The translations under genes and the position numbers were made by a program. From IMG/VR virus record IMGVR_UViG_3300009130_000011, positions 38,755-102,754 of that record: a stretch of 64,000 nucleotides of DNA. One strand, 5' to 3'. Positions 10,066 through 19,122 of the stretch are shown one piece after another. Under the pieces are notes generated by a model. That model ran no database searches and was not told where the DNA came from. It worked only from the letters and a program-made list of their open reading frames with translations. The DNA is from a virus. Within the stretch, counting starts at the first letter, position 1. Every line of letters starts with the position of its first letter.

Positions 10066-10067
10066 GG

Positions 10068-10370
10068 CTAATCCCAAGATTGCCTTTCTTTTTCTGCAAT
10101 AAAGTCGCATAACCAATTTGCAAAATCTTTTAAGTCGTAATAAAATCTTTCTCGATTATCCTTGCTCATCCAAAACAAAGCATTATTTAAAAAACTTTTC
10201 ATTCTTCTTTGGACTATAATTAAATCCTTCGGCTCTAATTTCTTTAGACAATTATCAACCAAATGCGAAACATTGTTTACCAACTTATTTATCTCTTCGT
10301 CATCGCTATGCCATTTTTTAAACATCTTTAGGATAAGCGTATGGCTTTTGTGGGGTGACAATCGCTTCAA
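10068..10370 (-). CDS. hypothetical phage protein
   Basis: Array ORF; start uncertain. Confidence 0.6.
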   Translation of the reverse strand: MKRLSPHKSHTLILKMFKKWHSDDEEINKLVNNVSHLVDNCLKKLEPKDLIIVQRRMKSFLNNALFWMSKDNRERFYYDLKDFANWLCDFIAEKERQSWD

Positions 10371-10515
10371 TTAAATCAAGAAAGTATGGTTGGAGTTTTT
10401 CTTCTACTTTATCTGCAACCATTTGCCTACCCGCTTCAGCGCCAAGATTGATCTGCACCTCTGATAGAGACTCAAGAGACTCTAAGATTGCCTTATTTAA
10501 ATCGCTCTTTTCCAT
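10318..10515 (-). CDS. hypothetical phage protein
   Basis: Array ORF. Confidence 0.6.
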   Translation of the reverse strand: MEKSDLNKAILESLESLSEVQINLGAEAGRQMVADKVEEKLQPYFLDLIEAIVTPQKPYAYPKDV

Positions 10516-10693
10516 TAATCAAAAATCCTCTCGTATTCTTCATTAAATTCTTCGTCTGATAAACTCATCAACCATGCCTCAACCTTATCTAAGGCATATT
10601 CCATTAGAGTTTCCATGTCCCATGAGTTTACTATTTCGTTAGATAGTTTTTCTAACTTTTCTGTACTAATATTTTCGGTAATCATTTCTATTT

Positions 10694-10722
10694 ATATTAC
10701 TATTTGTTTTTTATATAGTCAA
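10694..10722 (-). promoter_or_regulatory. sigma70-type promoter
   Basis: TTGACT-N17-TAATAT-N8-ATG(10685), ahead of a short ORF below the track cut-off. Confidence 0.65.
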
Positions 10723-10724
10723 GC

Positions 10725-11270
10725 TCAAAATGGAACTTGATGCGCAGGGTCGTCCTGCTCAGATTCTTCTGCTTTATAAGCAACACCTTGACCGCCATTA
10801 GGAAAAATTACTTTTGCTTTCTTTGTTTGAAATGGGTTTTGAGATATGATTGTTTCATTTGTTCCGTATAAATCATCTAGCGCAAGAGTCATTGTCTCTA
10901 AAGCGTAGCGAGAATGTGTCATACTGCCATAAACACCCTTATTATCACAAAGAGTATATATTTTCATTAGATATTCTTTTGCGTCAATATGATTGCCTAT
11001 TTTTGACGCACACAAAAATTCTTTCCAAAAACGATAAGTTTCTCTTTTTCGGTAGCGTTTTTTTATTTGCTCTTCAATATTTTCTGATGGTGGATTAAAG
11101 TCTAATTCAGTTTGAACGGATTCAAAAACTTTTTTAGGAATTTTATAATTGCCATCTTTTGTTTGCAAACAATTCATGTAAACTAATTGTAAGACATTCT
11201 CAAACCTTCTTAAAATTTTATCTTTATCTATATTGCCTTGGAGTCTTGCTCCGCTCATTGTCATACTCAT
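10725..11270 (-). CDS. hypothetical protein (181 aa)
   Basis: Long ORF. Confidence 0.75.
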   Translation of the reverse strand: MSMTMSGARLQGNIDKDKILRRFENVLQLVYMNCLQTKDGNYKIPKKVFESVQTELDFNPPSENIEEQIKKRYRKRETYRFWKEFLCASKIGNHIDAKEYLMKIYTLCDNKGVYGSMTHSRYALETMTLALDDLYGTNETIISQNPFQTKKAKVIFPNGGQGVAYKAEESEQDDPAHQVPF

Positions 11271-11497
11271 ATTAAATTAAATATTTTTAAAAGAATAATA
11301 ATTTGCAAAAACATTGTCATTGCAATCATTATAGTTTTTGCTTGCTCTGTGTCAAACTTTTTTTTGGATTCCACTACAACTTCTTTCGGCTTTGGGTTAT
11401 CTAAATGCTTTCCGTTTATATCTTTCCAATTTGCTATTGCTTGATTTTTTTTGCTTGGCATAGCATTAGTTCCAATCAAAATCTGCGGATATTGCAA
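11267..11497 (-). CDS. small membrane protein
   Basis: C-terminal hydrophobic helix; start uncertain. Confidence 0.55.
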   Translation of the reverse strand: MQYPQILIGTNAMPSKKNQAIANWKDINGKHLDNPKPKEVVVESKKKFDTEQAKTIMIAMTMFLQIIILLKIFNLI

Positions 11498-11744
11498 AAG
11501 CTAATCTATCTTTCCAAGGATTGCCGTATTTATCGAACTGAGTTGGATCACTAATTTTTACTATAATATTTGCGCCCCAAGCGTTTAGTTCTTCTCCATC
11601 GGTGCAATAATCGCAATCAATATTTAATGAGGGAGTGTCTTCTACATGAGTATCTTCTTGGTAATCAAGAAACCAAACAGGTACAGACAAACCTTCTTCT
11701 ACTAAATCTTCTCTAATTGTTAAATGACTATCTTTTACGCTCAT
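11466..11744 (-). CDS. hypothetical phage protein
   Basis: Array ORF. Confidence 0.65.
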   Translation of the reverse strand: MSVKDSHLTIREDLVEEGLSVPVWFLDYQEDTHVEDTPSLNIDCDYCTDGEELNAWGANIIVKISDPTQFDKYGNPWKDRLAFAISADFDWN

Positions 11745-11745
11745 A

Positions 11746-11937
11746 TTACTTTTTGTTTAAATTATTTAAGGTTAATCCAAATTCTTCTCTTACATACCTT
11801 TTACTTTCGCCATTCAAAACCAACTGCTTATTTAAATTAAATGCTTCAAATTTTGTAAGAAGAATTGGTCTTTTGGGTAGAATTGGATTTGGTTTATCCC
11901 AATTAACCATGATGTAAGGTTTTAAGCTCAATTCCAA
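11746..11937 (-). CDS. hypothetical protein, paralogue of 11928..12104
   Basis: LTKFEAFNLNKQLVLNG..KRYV. Confidence 0.6.
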   Translation of the reverse strand: MELSLKPYIMVNWDKPNPILPKRPILLTKFEAFNLNKQLVLNGESKRYVREEFGLTLNNLNKK

Positions 11938-12104
11938 TCTTTCTCCAACACATATTTTTTTCTTACTCCATTTAATCCGAAAGCATAGTTTTTTGTTTTA
12001 GCTTCATATTCTGTTAGCTTTGCTCTCTTGAGAAAAGCGTAGCATGACTTTAAGTTTAAGTCGATTAAAACATAAGTGTGTAATGATGAATTATCTAAGT
12101 GCAT
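11928..12104 (-). CDS. hypothetical protein (58 aa, not in track)
   Basis: Hand-translated; LTEYEAKTKNYAFGLNG..KKYV matches its neighbour. Confidence 0.6.
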   Translation of the reverse strand: MHLDNSSLHTYVLIDLNLKSCYAFLKRAKLTEYEAKTKNYAFGLNGVRKKYVLEKDWN

Positions 12105-12115
12105 AATATAAAAAA

Positions 12116-13309
12116 TTATTCATAGTTTCTAAATCCGATTGCATACGGAAATCTAGGTATCCCATCGGGAGTAAGCTGAAAAAATTTGATAGTCGCTAAC
12201 TGACCAATATAATTCTTGCGATTATCATAAATTTCTTTAAGGTAATCGAATGAACCTTTAATATTTGAATTGAAAGTTTTTTGAGTATTCTCGCAAAAGC
12301 ATACTAGGTGCTTTGCAGTCCCACTACGATTACCATTACCTACATCAATGTCGATAACTCGATATTCTGCATCAATAAATTCTTTGCGTTTAAGAAGAGT
12401 TTTACTGCGCTTGTTCTCATAGCCTTCGTCCTTGCGAACCATTTGACCTTCGTAGCCTAAGTCGATATACTGACCATATAAATCGTCAAGCTCATCTTCA
12501 CTATCAACTTTAGATGTTTCTACAAGCAACACATTATGTTGAATAATGTTTGCACTTTTGTTGAAAGCGTTTTTAAGTTGATTAAAGCGCATATCGAATG
12601 TAGTATTCTCTGTGCAGTAATGATTAAGATAAGGTGCATCATACACATGGTACTCAATAGTCTCTTCTGCCTCTGCAAGCCTCTCTTCATAATCAACGAC
12701 TTTTTTTGCAAAAACATTGTCGCTCATCTTATCTGATTGAGTTGGTTTTTGTTTGCGAACAAGCGAAGTAATCTTATTGAAATTATCCCTCAAATCGTGA
12801 TTATACAACTCTCCATCAAGAATGGCATTTGGGTAGTCAAGAAAGAAGCTATTGAGGCTTTTGAGAATATGAGGAATACACTCTATCTCCTTGCCGTTAC
12901 GAGTGCGTCCTACGAGCGCATCATCTTCCATACGAACAACGCAACGAATACCATCAAGCTTTGGTTGGGAGTATATTGGATACTCAAGTTCACCCTTGCG
13001 ATCTTTATAATTATGCGCAAGCATTGGTTCATAAAACTTCTTCTCTTGCGCATCTATTTCATTGAACGCATAGCCCGAATCTAATTTCTTCTGAAACTTT
13101 GCTTGAGCCTCAAGCTCCGCTTGCTCTTCGGGGGTTGTTTCATTTGACCTACCGACATTTTTAGCGATTGTAGTCGTAGCCTTGTCTTGAGTCTTTTTGC
13201 CTTCGACAAGACCTTTGACTGCATAGAATGAATTGCCATCAATGTGCATAGTCCACTCACGCAACTTGCCTGTTGAATCTACTTTATATAGTGTGTCTAG
13301 TTTTTTCAT
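12116..13309 (-). CDS. lig: ATP-dependent DNA ligase
   Basis: QPKLDGIR (motif I), LDGELY (III), EGQMVR (IV), LLKRK (V), C-terminal OB domain with GIPRFP. Confidence 0.95.
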   Translation of the reverse strand: MKKLDTLYKVDSTGKLREWTMHIDGNSFYAVKGLVEGKKTQDKATTTIAKNVGRSNETTPEEQAELEAQAKFQKKLDSGYAFNEIDAQEKKFYEPMLAHNYKDRKGELEYPIYSQPKLDGIRCVVRMEDDALVGRTRNGKEIECIPHILKSLNSFFLDYPNAILDGELYNHDLRDNFNKITSLVRKQKPTQSDKMSDNVFAKKVVDYEERLAEAEETIEYHVYDAPYLNHYCTENTTFDMRFNQLKNAFNKSANIIQHNVLLVETSKVDSEDELDDLYGQYIDLGYEGQMVRKDEGYENKRSKTLLKRKEFIDAEYRVIDIDVGNGNRSGTAKHLVCFCENTQKTFNSNIKGSFDYLKEIYDNRKNYIGQLATIKFFQLTPDGIPRFPYAIGFRNYE

Positions 13310-13318
13310 TACTCAATA

Positions 13319-13347
13319 ATATTGACATAGATTTAAGGTGATGTCAA
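13319..13347 (-). promoter_or_regulatory. sigma70-type promoter (weaker -10)
   Basis: TTGACA-N17-CAATAT-N9-ATG(13309). Confidence 0.5.
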
Positions 13348-13351
13348 GATA

Positions 13352-13600
13352 TTATTTAAAATAATCAAACCTCTCAAGCTCATCTTCAGCCTCTTTCCCA
13401 AGATGAAAGAGCGCAACTGAAATTCTGTTATCATGGTTACTAATCATTAAAGAATATCCATCTATTCTAAGCCAAGCGTTGTGACCTGTCAAGACAAAAT
13501 CTTCTCCACCAAAAGAACCATCATCGTTCCCTACCGAATCATGTTTAATGTCGGGTTGGATGTTCATTTCAAAATTTACTGATTCAGATACAACACTCAT
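13352..13600 (-). CDS. hypothetical phage protein
   Basis: Array ORF. Confidence 0.6.
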   Translation of the reverse strand: MSVVSESVNFEMNIQPDIKHDSVGNDDGSFGGEDFVLTGHNAWLRIDGYSLMISNHDNRISVALFHLGKEAEDELERFDYFK

Positions 13601-14177
13601 TTTTATGCTCCATTATTTTTTTAATTTCATCTCTAGCTTGCTCCCAATAGAAGCGTTTCATTTCATCGGTTTGACCAAATTGCTCGGCTCTAACCATGCA
13701 CATTCCATAATGATGCCATATTTTGCATATCTTGTCAATGTTTTTATCATCGGGTTTGACATTAAAATGATTCCAACAATTTTCTCCATCAATAGTTTCT
13801 GTTTCTATCCATTCAGCAGGAAAACCTTTAGCAAAATACATAAGACCATTGTGGTCTGCAAACTTTCTAGCAAGAGAAACAAAACTATCTTCTACTTCAT
13901 GTGACTCGTACAAGTTTGCATCCTCATACCAAGACTCGTAGACACTAATTTCAAATTGAAAAGTATCTTTAATTGCAACATATTCTTGTTGAAATTTTGG
14001 TCGATTGTCGTCACCATGCTCTAGTATGTCAACACTATGAAGTTTGCCATACCATTTCATGTGCTTCATTACTCGACTACTATAAATAATCTTTTGGAAC
14101 TCTTCAAGGAGTTCGCTATTAGACTTCGTAGTCGCTTGCGTTCTTCTAAAACTTACTGATAAACCTTCTCCACTCAT
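13584..14177 (-). CDS. hypothetical protein (197 aa)
   Basis: Long ORF behind promoter. Confidence 0.8.
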   Translation of the reverse strand: MSGEGLSVSFRRTQATTKSNSELLEEFQKIIYSSRVMKHMKWYGKLHSVDILEHGDDNRPKFQQEYVAIKDTFQFEISVYESWYEDANLYESHEVEDSFVSLARKFADHNGLMYFAKGFPAEWIETETIDGENCWNHFNVKPDDKNIDKICKIWHHYGMCMVRAEQFGQTDEMKRFYWEQARDEIKKIMEHKNECCI

Positions 14178-14207
14178 AATATAATATATAATAAAAAACT
14201 AAGGGTG

Positions 14208-14236
14208 AGTATATTGATAACAATAGCGTATGTCAA
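14208..14236 (-). promoter_or_regulatory. sigma70-type promoter (with short leader)
   Basis: TTGACA-N17-TATACT, 30 nt before ATG 14177. Confidence 0.7.
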
Positions 14237-14292
14237 CAAAAAAATATCTTTTTTGCTCCAAGAGTTATCTTTTGGATCGTGAAATTGATTCA

Positions 14293-14361
14293 TCAAAATG
14301 CTGAACACCACAAGGTAATGGTGATTGTTGCAATGATGAGTAATTCAATAAAAAAATTCAC
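14293..14361 (-). CDS. putative 22-aa membrane peptide
   Basis: GTGTA-N9-GTG start; MNFFIELLIIATITITLWCSAF. Confidence 0.3.
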   Translation of the reverse strand: MNFFIELLIIATITITLWCSAF

Positions 14362-14380
14362 ATCATTATGTACACTATAT

Positions 14381-14605
14381 TTATTCACTTGTCCAAGTTT
14401 CTTCAAGGGTAGCGTTCATATAATCTTTATGAGTGATTTCTCCAAGAGTACCCATAATGTCCATACCGCCCTCTTCTTCCAATAGCTTCCTTGCTTCATC
14501 TTCGGAATCTGCATCTATTTCATAAAAATAAGTTGCAGGGACGCTGAATACATAAGTATTTTTTTTGGTTAAATCCATTCTATCGTAATAATTGCCATGA
14601 CTCAT
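14381..14605 (-). CDS. small protein with xDAxSxDEA motif
   Basis: YEIDADSEDEARK. Confidence 0.65.
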   Translation of the reverse strand: MSHGNYYDRMDLTKKNTYVFSVPATYFYEIDADSEDEARKLLEEEGGMDIMGTLGEITHKDYMNATLEETWTSE

Positions 14606-14991
14606 TTTTCAAATTCTACCTCTTTATTTCCTTTTTTATTATAACTAAATAAATATTGTTCTCTATCTGTATCAATCTGATGATAGGGATTATCTTTAGT
14701 TGGTGGATCAACTGCATAAGCACAAACATCCCAAGACCATGTACTAGGGTCAGTATATTCATACTCTCCCGAACCATCTTGCTTAACTACGCACCACTCG
14801 TCTCCACAATGAATATTATAATCTATATAATTACCATCTCCTAAATCATAGCTATTCCAATAGTCAAAGTTATCTCCTTCGGTTTCAATTTCGGGATTAA
14901 GCTCAACTTTTTTAATGTGAGTTAATGCTAAATCAATAATCGCTAGAGCGACTTCTTGAGGCGCTTTCCAAGTTTCTATTGTATTAATCAT
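14602..14991 (-). CDS. hypothetical phage protein
   Basis: ATGA-coupled ORF. Confidence 0.7.
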   Translation of the reverse strand: MINTIETWKAPQEVALAIIDLALTHIKKVELNPEIETEGDNFDYWNSYDLGDGNYIDYNIHCGDEWCVVKQDGSGEYEYTDPSTWSWDVCAYAVDPPTKDNPYHQIDTDREQYLFSYNKKGNKEVEFEK

Positions 14992-15941
14992 TTTGTTTCT
15001 CCTTCTAATATTCTTGCTATTAATTTTCTGCCATTTGGGGTTAGCTTTCTTTTGCCATCAATCTCAATAAAAGACTTTCTCAATAAGTACATTTCGTGAT
15101 CTTGCATTAGCGCAGTCTTGCTTAAACCTGTTTTTGCTGATAAAGATGTTAATGTGCAACACCCATCTTTGTGTAATATTTCTAAGATTTCCTTTTCTGT
15201 TCTTGATATTCCAAATGGAAGAATATCTAAAGTATCTCTTAAATCTTCTAAATCGTCAAGAGAAAAATTATCTTTTCCTTTAGCTTCGCAATAAAGATGG
15301 ACTTCTTTAGCTCTCTTTACCGCATTTCTCGCGTTGCCCCTAGTCGTCTTACTAAGTTTTTCTAAAACCTCGTCATCAATATTAATGTCATCACTAATAT
15401 TCAAAGCCATAATATTTGAAAGCTCATTGTAAGAATAAGGCTCAAAGTCTATTGGGGTCAACCTGTCTTTTAAAGGTGGAAACAACTTATCTGTTTCAGT
15501 CGTTGCAAACATATAGGTTTGTCTTGTAAAATCAAAATGACAAACAGACTCTTGCCAAATAAATTCTTTATTAGCGCTACTTTCAGTATTAAAAATAGTC
15601 AAAAAAGCATTGGTTAAATCTTTAGGTAATTCATGCGCCTCGTCAAACAAAATTGAAACTTCATTATTATTAATAACAGGCAAGAAGACTTGCTCAAAGA
15701 ATGTGTCCACATTAGACAATGTAGAACAATTCAATTCTAGTAATGGTCTTTTGCTCCCACTTTGATTGTGAAGCTCATTAGCAAACGCTTTAGCAAACTC
15801 TGTCTTGCCCAAGCCTTTCGCACCTGCAAAAAGCAAAAATGGGCATAAGCTAGTTTGATTGAAAGCCGATTTGTAAAAAGCTAATTTTCTTTTGACGCTT
15901 GATTGTCCTACCAAGCCACGAAACATTGTATCTGATTCCAT
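14988..15941 (-). CDS. ruvB: RuvB-like AAA+ ATPase
   Basis: FRGLVGQ, GAKGLGKT (Walker A), LFDEAH (Walker B), ATT...PLKDR, RGNARNA, C-terminal winged helix (HEMYLL...RKLTPNG). Confidence 0.8.
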   Translation of the reverse strand: MESDTMFRGLVGQSSVKRKLAFYKSAFNQTSLCPFLLFAGAKGLGKTEFAKAFANELHNQSGSKRPLLELNCSTLSNVDTFFEQVFLPVINNNEVSILFDEAHELPKDLTNAFLTIFNTESSANKEFIWQESVCHFDFTRQTYMFATTETDKLFPPLKDRLTPIDFEPYSYNELSNIMALNISDDINIDDEVLEKLSKTTRGNARNAVKRAKEVHLYCEAKGKDNFSLDDLEDLRDTLDILPFGISRTEKEILEILHKDGCCTLTSLSAKTGLSKTALMQDHEMYLLRKSFIEIDGKRKLTPNGRKLIARILEGETK

Positions 15942-15976
15942 AATACCTTTCTATATTGAGCGAAAAAAAATAATTG

Positions 15977-16246
15977 TCAAGAACTTTCGTCTCCAAATAA
16001 ATCGTCCATGACATTTATGCTAAAATCTTCTACGGAGTGACCTTTGGGCATGAGGGATTGTATGTACGCTACAACTTTCTTGCCTACTTCGTCATGTATA
16101 GTAGAAAAAGTATAAGTAGTCATATCTTTATCACTACCATAACCAAACTCTATTACGATATGACAATCATCAAGCACATCTTTATTTGTTATTGGGCAAG
16201 TCAAATTTAAATCCTCATCGTAGAATGGATCATTTTTTTTACTCAT
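15977..16246 (-). CDS. hypothetical phage protein
   Basis: Array ORF. Confidence 0.65.
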   Translation of the reverse strand: MSKKNDPFYDEDLNLTCPITNKDVLDDCHIVIEFGYGSDKDMTTYTFSTIHDEVGKKVVAYIQSLMPKGHSVEDFSINVMDDLFGDESS

Positions 16247-16506
16247 TTTATAATTTTATTTTTAATTAAATCTTCAAAAACATGAAAAAGTTTTTCTTGC
16301 CTAGATTTATGCAACTCTTTCGCCCCAATTAACATATTTAGTATTTTGTCTTCAGAGGGATGCCCCACAAAAGCCGTAGGCGAGTCGGAAAAAGAATACA
16401 TTATTGTATCTATATCATCCTCTACCATAGCCATTTTCTGAATTGCTTCCTCTAAATCAAACCTGTCATATAATCCATTTTCTTTCATTTTAAATAAGAC
16501 TCCCAT
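16243..16506 (-). CDS. hypothetical phage protein
   Basis: Array ORF. Confidence 0.65.
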   Translation of the reverse strand: MGVLFKMKENGLYDRFDLEEAIQKMAMVEDDIDTIMYSFSDSPTAFVGHPSEDKILNMLIGAKELHKSRQEKLFHVFEDLIKNKIIK

Positions 16507-16868
16507 CTATTTTTCATTAAGTTAATTGTTTCTTGTGGTACTCCATGTATATTTTGAAAAGAGTTTTGACACTCAATAACAAAAGGGGAATAATTAAATT
16601 CTTTAGCTAAAATAAAATATGGCTCTGCTTCCCACGCTTGAGAAAAAGTATTTGCTACTGCAATCACATTAGCTTTTTGGGTCATAGCATATTTAACATT
16701 TCTTTGGCAATTCTCATGTGCTATCTTTAATTTGCTTGCATCAAAGTTGTAGTTACCTGCTTGATCTGTAAACCAATCATCCGCAGAGTAAACCACAGGA
16801 GATAGCTTGTGGGCAAGGGTAGTTTTACCACTCCCCGAAAGACCTCTGATTATGTATAAAATGTTCAT
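16485..16868 (-). CDS. P-loop kinase (AAA_33 / polynucleotide-kinase-like)
   Basis: IRGLSGSGKTT, SADDWF, VANTFSQAWE, NIHGVP; start moved to ATG 16868. Confidence 0.85.
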   Translation of the reverse strand: MNILYIIRGLSGSGKTTLAHKLSPVVYSADDWFTDQAGNYNFDASKLKIAHENCQRNVKYAMTQKANVIAVANTFSQAWEAEPYFILAKEFNYSPFVIECQNSFQNIHGVPQETINLMKNRWESYLK

Positions 16869-16878
16869 TACGCTATAT

Positions 16879-16907
16879 AAACTAAGAAAAAAAAATTTAA
16901 ATGTCAA
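16879..16907 (-). promoter_or_regulatory. sigma70-type promoter
   Basis: TTGACA-N17-TAGTTT-N10-ATG(16868). Confidence 0.6.
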
Positions 16908-16914
16908 GCAAAAA

Positions 16915-16999
16915 TGGTGCGGATGGTGGGAATCGAACCCACACTCCCAAGGGAAACGGATTTTAAGTCCGTAGCGTCTACCAATTCCGCCACATCCGC
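16915..16999 (-). tRNA. trnL: tRNA-Leu(UAA)
   Basis: GCGGATG/CATCCGC acceptor stem, CT-TAA-AA anticodon loop, long variable arm, GGTTCGATTCC T-arm, encoded CCA. Confidence 0.97.
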
Positions 17000-17521
17000 C
17001 TACGCTAAATCAAACTTAACTATATAGCATTGTATCGGAGAGTCAAGAAAAATATCTTCAATCATTGCTTTTATAATGCCCCAATTTCCCCCCGCTAAAC
17101 CGCAAGAAATTCCGTATGGCAATCCAAGAACAGGGGGTGGACTTCCATCGTATTCATGTTTATTTACATTCATCTCAAAAAGGTCTTGCTCTACTTTTTT
17201 TAATGCTTGCCAAAACTTTTCGTAATGAACTTGTCTTGAGCCATCTCCAATACTTGCTTGGTTATACATATTGTATATATATTTGTCGCCATTTATTTTG
17301 GCTTTTGAGAATTTTCCGAGCCAATGAACATATTGTCCATTGTGGTCGTACTCTTGGTTAAATGCCTTCCAATCTGCTTCGTATGCTTCGGGATAGCGAT
17401 CTTTAATCTGTTTAGCTATACCTGCTCCCATGATGTGCATAGTATTGCAGGAATGGGCGATAGTATTAATATCGTTTGGAAAATCGAGGAGATTGCCTTC
17501 TATCTGTGTTACTTCTGCCAT
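17000..17521 (-). CDS. macrodomain (ADP-ribose-binding/hydrolase) protein
   Basis: EGNLL, IAHSCN..MGAGIAKQIK, PYGISCGLAGGNW; start moved to ATG 17521. Confidence 0.88.
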   Translation of the reverse strand: MAEVTQIEGNLLDFPNDINTIAHSCNTMHIMGAGIAKQIKDRYPEAYEADWKAFNQEYDHNGQYVHWLGKFSKAKINGDKYIYNMYNQASIGDGSRQVHYEKFWQALKKVEQDLFEMNVNKHEYDGSPPPVLGLPYGISCGLAGGNWGIIKAMIEDIFLDSPIQCYIVKFDLA

Positions 17522-17530
17522 AATTGCTCG

Positions 17531-17559
17531 ACTATACATGAAGAAGCAAAGGATGTCAA
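17531..17559 (-). promoter_or_regulatory. sigma70-type promoter
   Basis: TTGACA-N17-TATAGT-N9-ATG(17521). Confidence 0.75.
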
Positions 17560-17566
17560 GAACTAT

Positions 17567-17797
17567 TTACCAACTATTTATTGAGATGTTTTCTCTGTTG
17601 TCCTTATCTCTCTCCATTTTATTCAAGAGTCTTTTGAGAGTTCCTTCCCCCGACTTTAAGTAGTCTTTGCTATTAAGCATATCTCTAATCATCTGTCGGT
17701 AATATCTCCCTTTATAAGACCAACCTAAATCAAAGCCTCTATGCAAGCCTTTCTGATGAGCTTCTTCAAACTCATTACTTATACCGCTATCAAACAT
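17567..17797 (-). CDS. hypothetical phage protein
   Basis: Array ORF with GxxxG run. Confidence 0.6.
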   Translation of the reverse strand: MFDSGISNEFEEAHQKGLHRGFDLGWSYKGRYYRQMIRDMLNSKDYLKSGEGTLKRLLNKMERDKDNRENISINSW

Positions 17798-17829
17798 AAT
17801 AAATTTATTTAAATTAATTTTTCTACATA

Positions 17830-18093
17830 TTAATCTTTTTCAAATTGTTTTAAAACTTCTAATCTCCCCTGCGCATCATCGAGCAAACATAGGGCTTCTT
17901 TGGCATTGTTGTAAAAATCTTCTGTCGAATGATCTCCTATGCCAACTGCTTTTTCTCCGAGTAAATGGAGACTTAACTTCGCTTTATCTACATCTGCTTG
18001 CGCAGAGTTTTTTAACATATTGTATAATAATTTATTCATCGTTTGTAAATAATAATATAAAACTAGCAAAAATGCAATAACAAAATACCCCAA
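17830..18093 (-). CDS. hypothetical phage protein
   Basis: VGIGDHS motif; start may be an internal ATG. Confidence 0.65.
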   Translation of the reverse strand: MGYFVIAFLLVLYYYLQTMNKLLYNMLKNSAQADVDKAKLSLHLLGEKAVGIGDHSTEDFYNNAKEALCLLDDAQGRLEVLKQFEKD

Positions 18094-18129
18094 TCACACA
18101 AATAGTATCCCATGCCCATTCTAAAAATT

Positions 18130-18549
18130 TCATAAGTTGCTTTGTGCCTCAGCGATTCTTTGCCTTAATTCTGTGCTTGAGAACTCATGTGATCTTTCGT
18201 TGTAATAAATCTCAATGCCTTTTGATTGACAAATGTCAAGCCCCGAAAAATTATCACCTTTATAGTCAGCGCCAATAATTCTCACATCAATAGGGTAAGC
18301 CCATAAAATATCATGCAAATCTTTTTCAAGATTATATGGTATAACTTCATCAACATATTCTACTGAAGATAATTGAATATAGCGCTCAACCACACTTTGA
18401 ATAGGTTTATTTTTCTGAGGGCGCTCGATCTGAGGGTCAATGTGAAGACCACAAATAAGATAATCGCAAACAGATTTTGCTTCTTTTAGCATTAAGATAT
18501 GACCTGCATGAAGAAGATCAAAGGTTGAAAATGTAATTCCTGTTTTCAT
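18130..18549 (-). CDS. glycerol-3-phosphate cytidylyltransferase-like (TagD family)
   Basis: TFDLLHAGH (HxGH), YVDEVIPY, RSHEFSSTELR. Confidence 0.88.
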   Translation of the reverse strand: MKTGITFSTFDLLHAGHILMLKEAKSVCDYLICGLHIDPQIERPQKNKPIQSVVERYIQLSSVEYVDEVIPYNLEKDLHDILWAYPIDVRIIGADYKGDNFSGLDICQSKGIEIYYNERSHEFSSTELRQRIAEAQSNL

Positions 18550-18827
18550 CGCTTAATTTTTTTTATGCACTCTATATTTGATTTGTACATTTCTTTTTGT
18601 CTTCTTAGTTCGTTCCCTGCTCCTTGCAAGGTGCTAATGGCTTTATTTTCGGTCATTCTACCATCAAGCACCATGCCGACACAAATTGTCACCTCTCTTG
18701 CATTAACTCGATAAGGGAAATTCCTGCAAAGAAATTTATAAAAGCGACCGCTTATTTTCCCATGCTTTAATTTTTTATGCAAAAATCTTCTGTAATTGCA
18801 ATTTTTAGTATTATGTAATGTTTTCAT
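18546..18827 (-). CDS. basic hypothetical protein
   Basis: Coupled ORF. Confidence 0.55.
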   Translation of the reverse strand: MKTLHNTKNCNYRRFLHKKLKHGKISGRFYKFLCRNFPYRVNAREVTICVGMVLDGRMTENKAISTLQGAGNELRRQKEMYKSNIECIKKIKR

Positions 18828-19122
18828 AACTTATAGGCTTTTTTAATTTATTTATTTGAAGTTTAGTTTCTTCAAAAAATTCTCTATCTGCGTCAACTCT
18901 CCACTCTGCACCTTCACCTTCGGGGTAATCAATATAGCAATAATGAGTGACATCTCCTGTTAAGAACCCTGCATCGCTACCAAATACATGGTTATTTGAA
19001 TCGTGATAATCTTCGTCTCTACCATAGTAAAAACCTGTCCACACTCCTGTTCCCTCAAAGAAGTAAAGCAATCTTACACCTTCTTCGGGAATCTCGTCTT
19101 CAATTTTAATCCAATTTATCAT
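18811..19122 (-). CDS. DUF551-like protein
   Basis: NWIKIEDEIPEEG...VTHY pattern. Confidence 0.6.
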   Translation of the reverse strand: MINWIKIEDEIPEEGVRLLYFFEGTGVWTGFYYGRDEDYHDSNNHVFGSDAGFLTGDVTHYCYIDYPEGEGAEWRVDADREFFEETKLQINKLKKPISYENIT

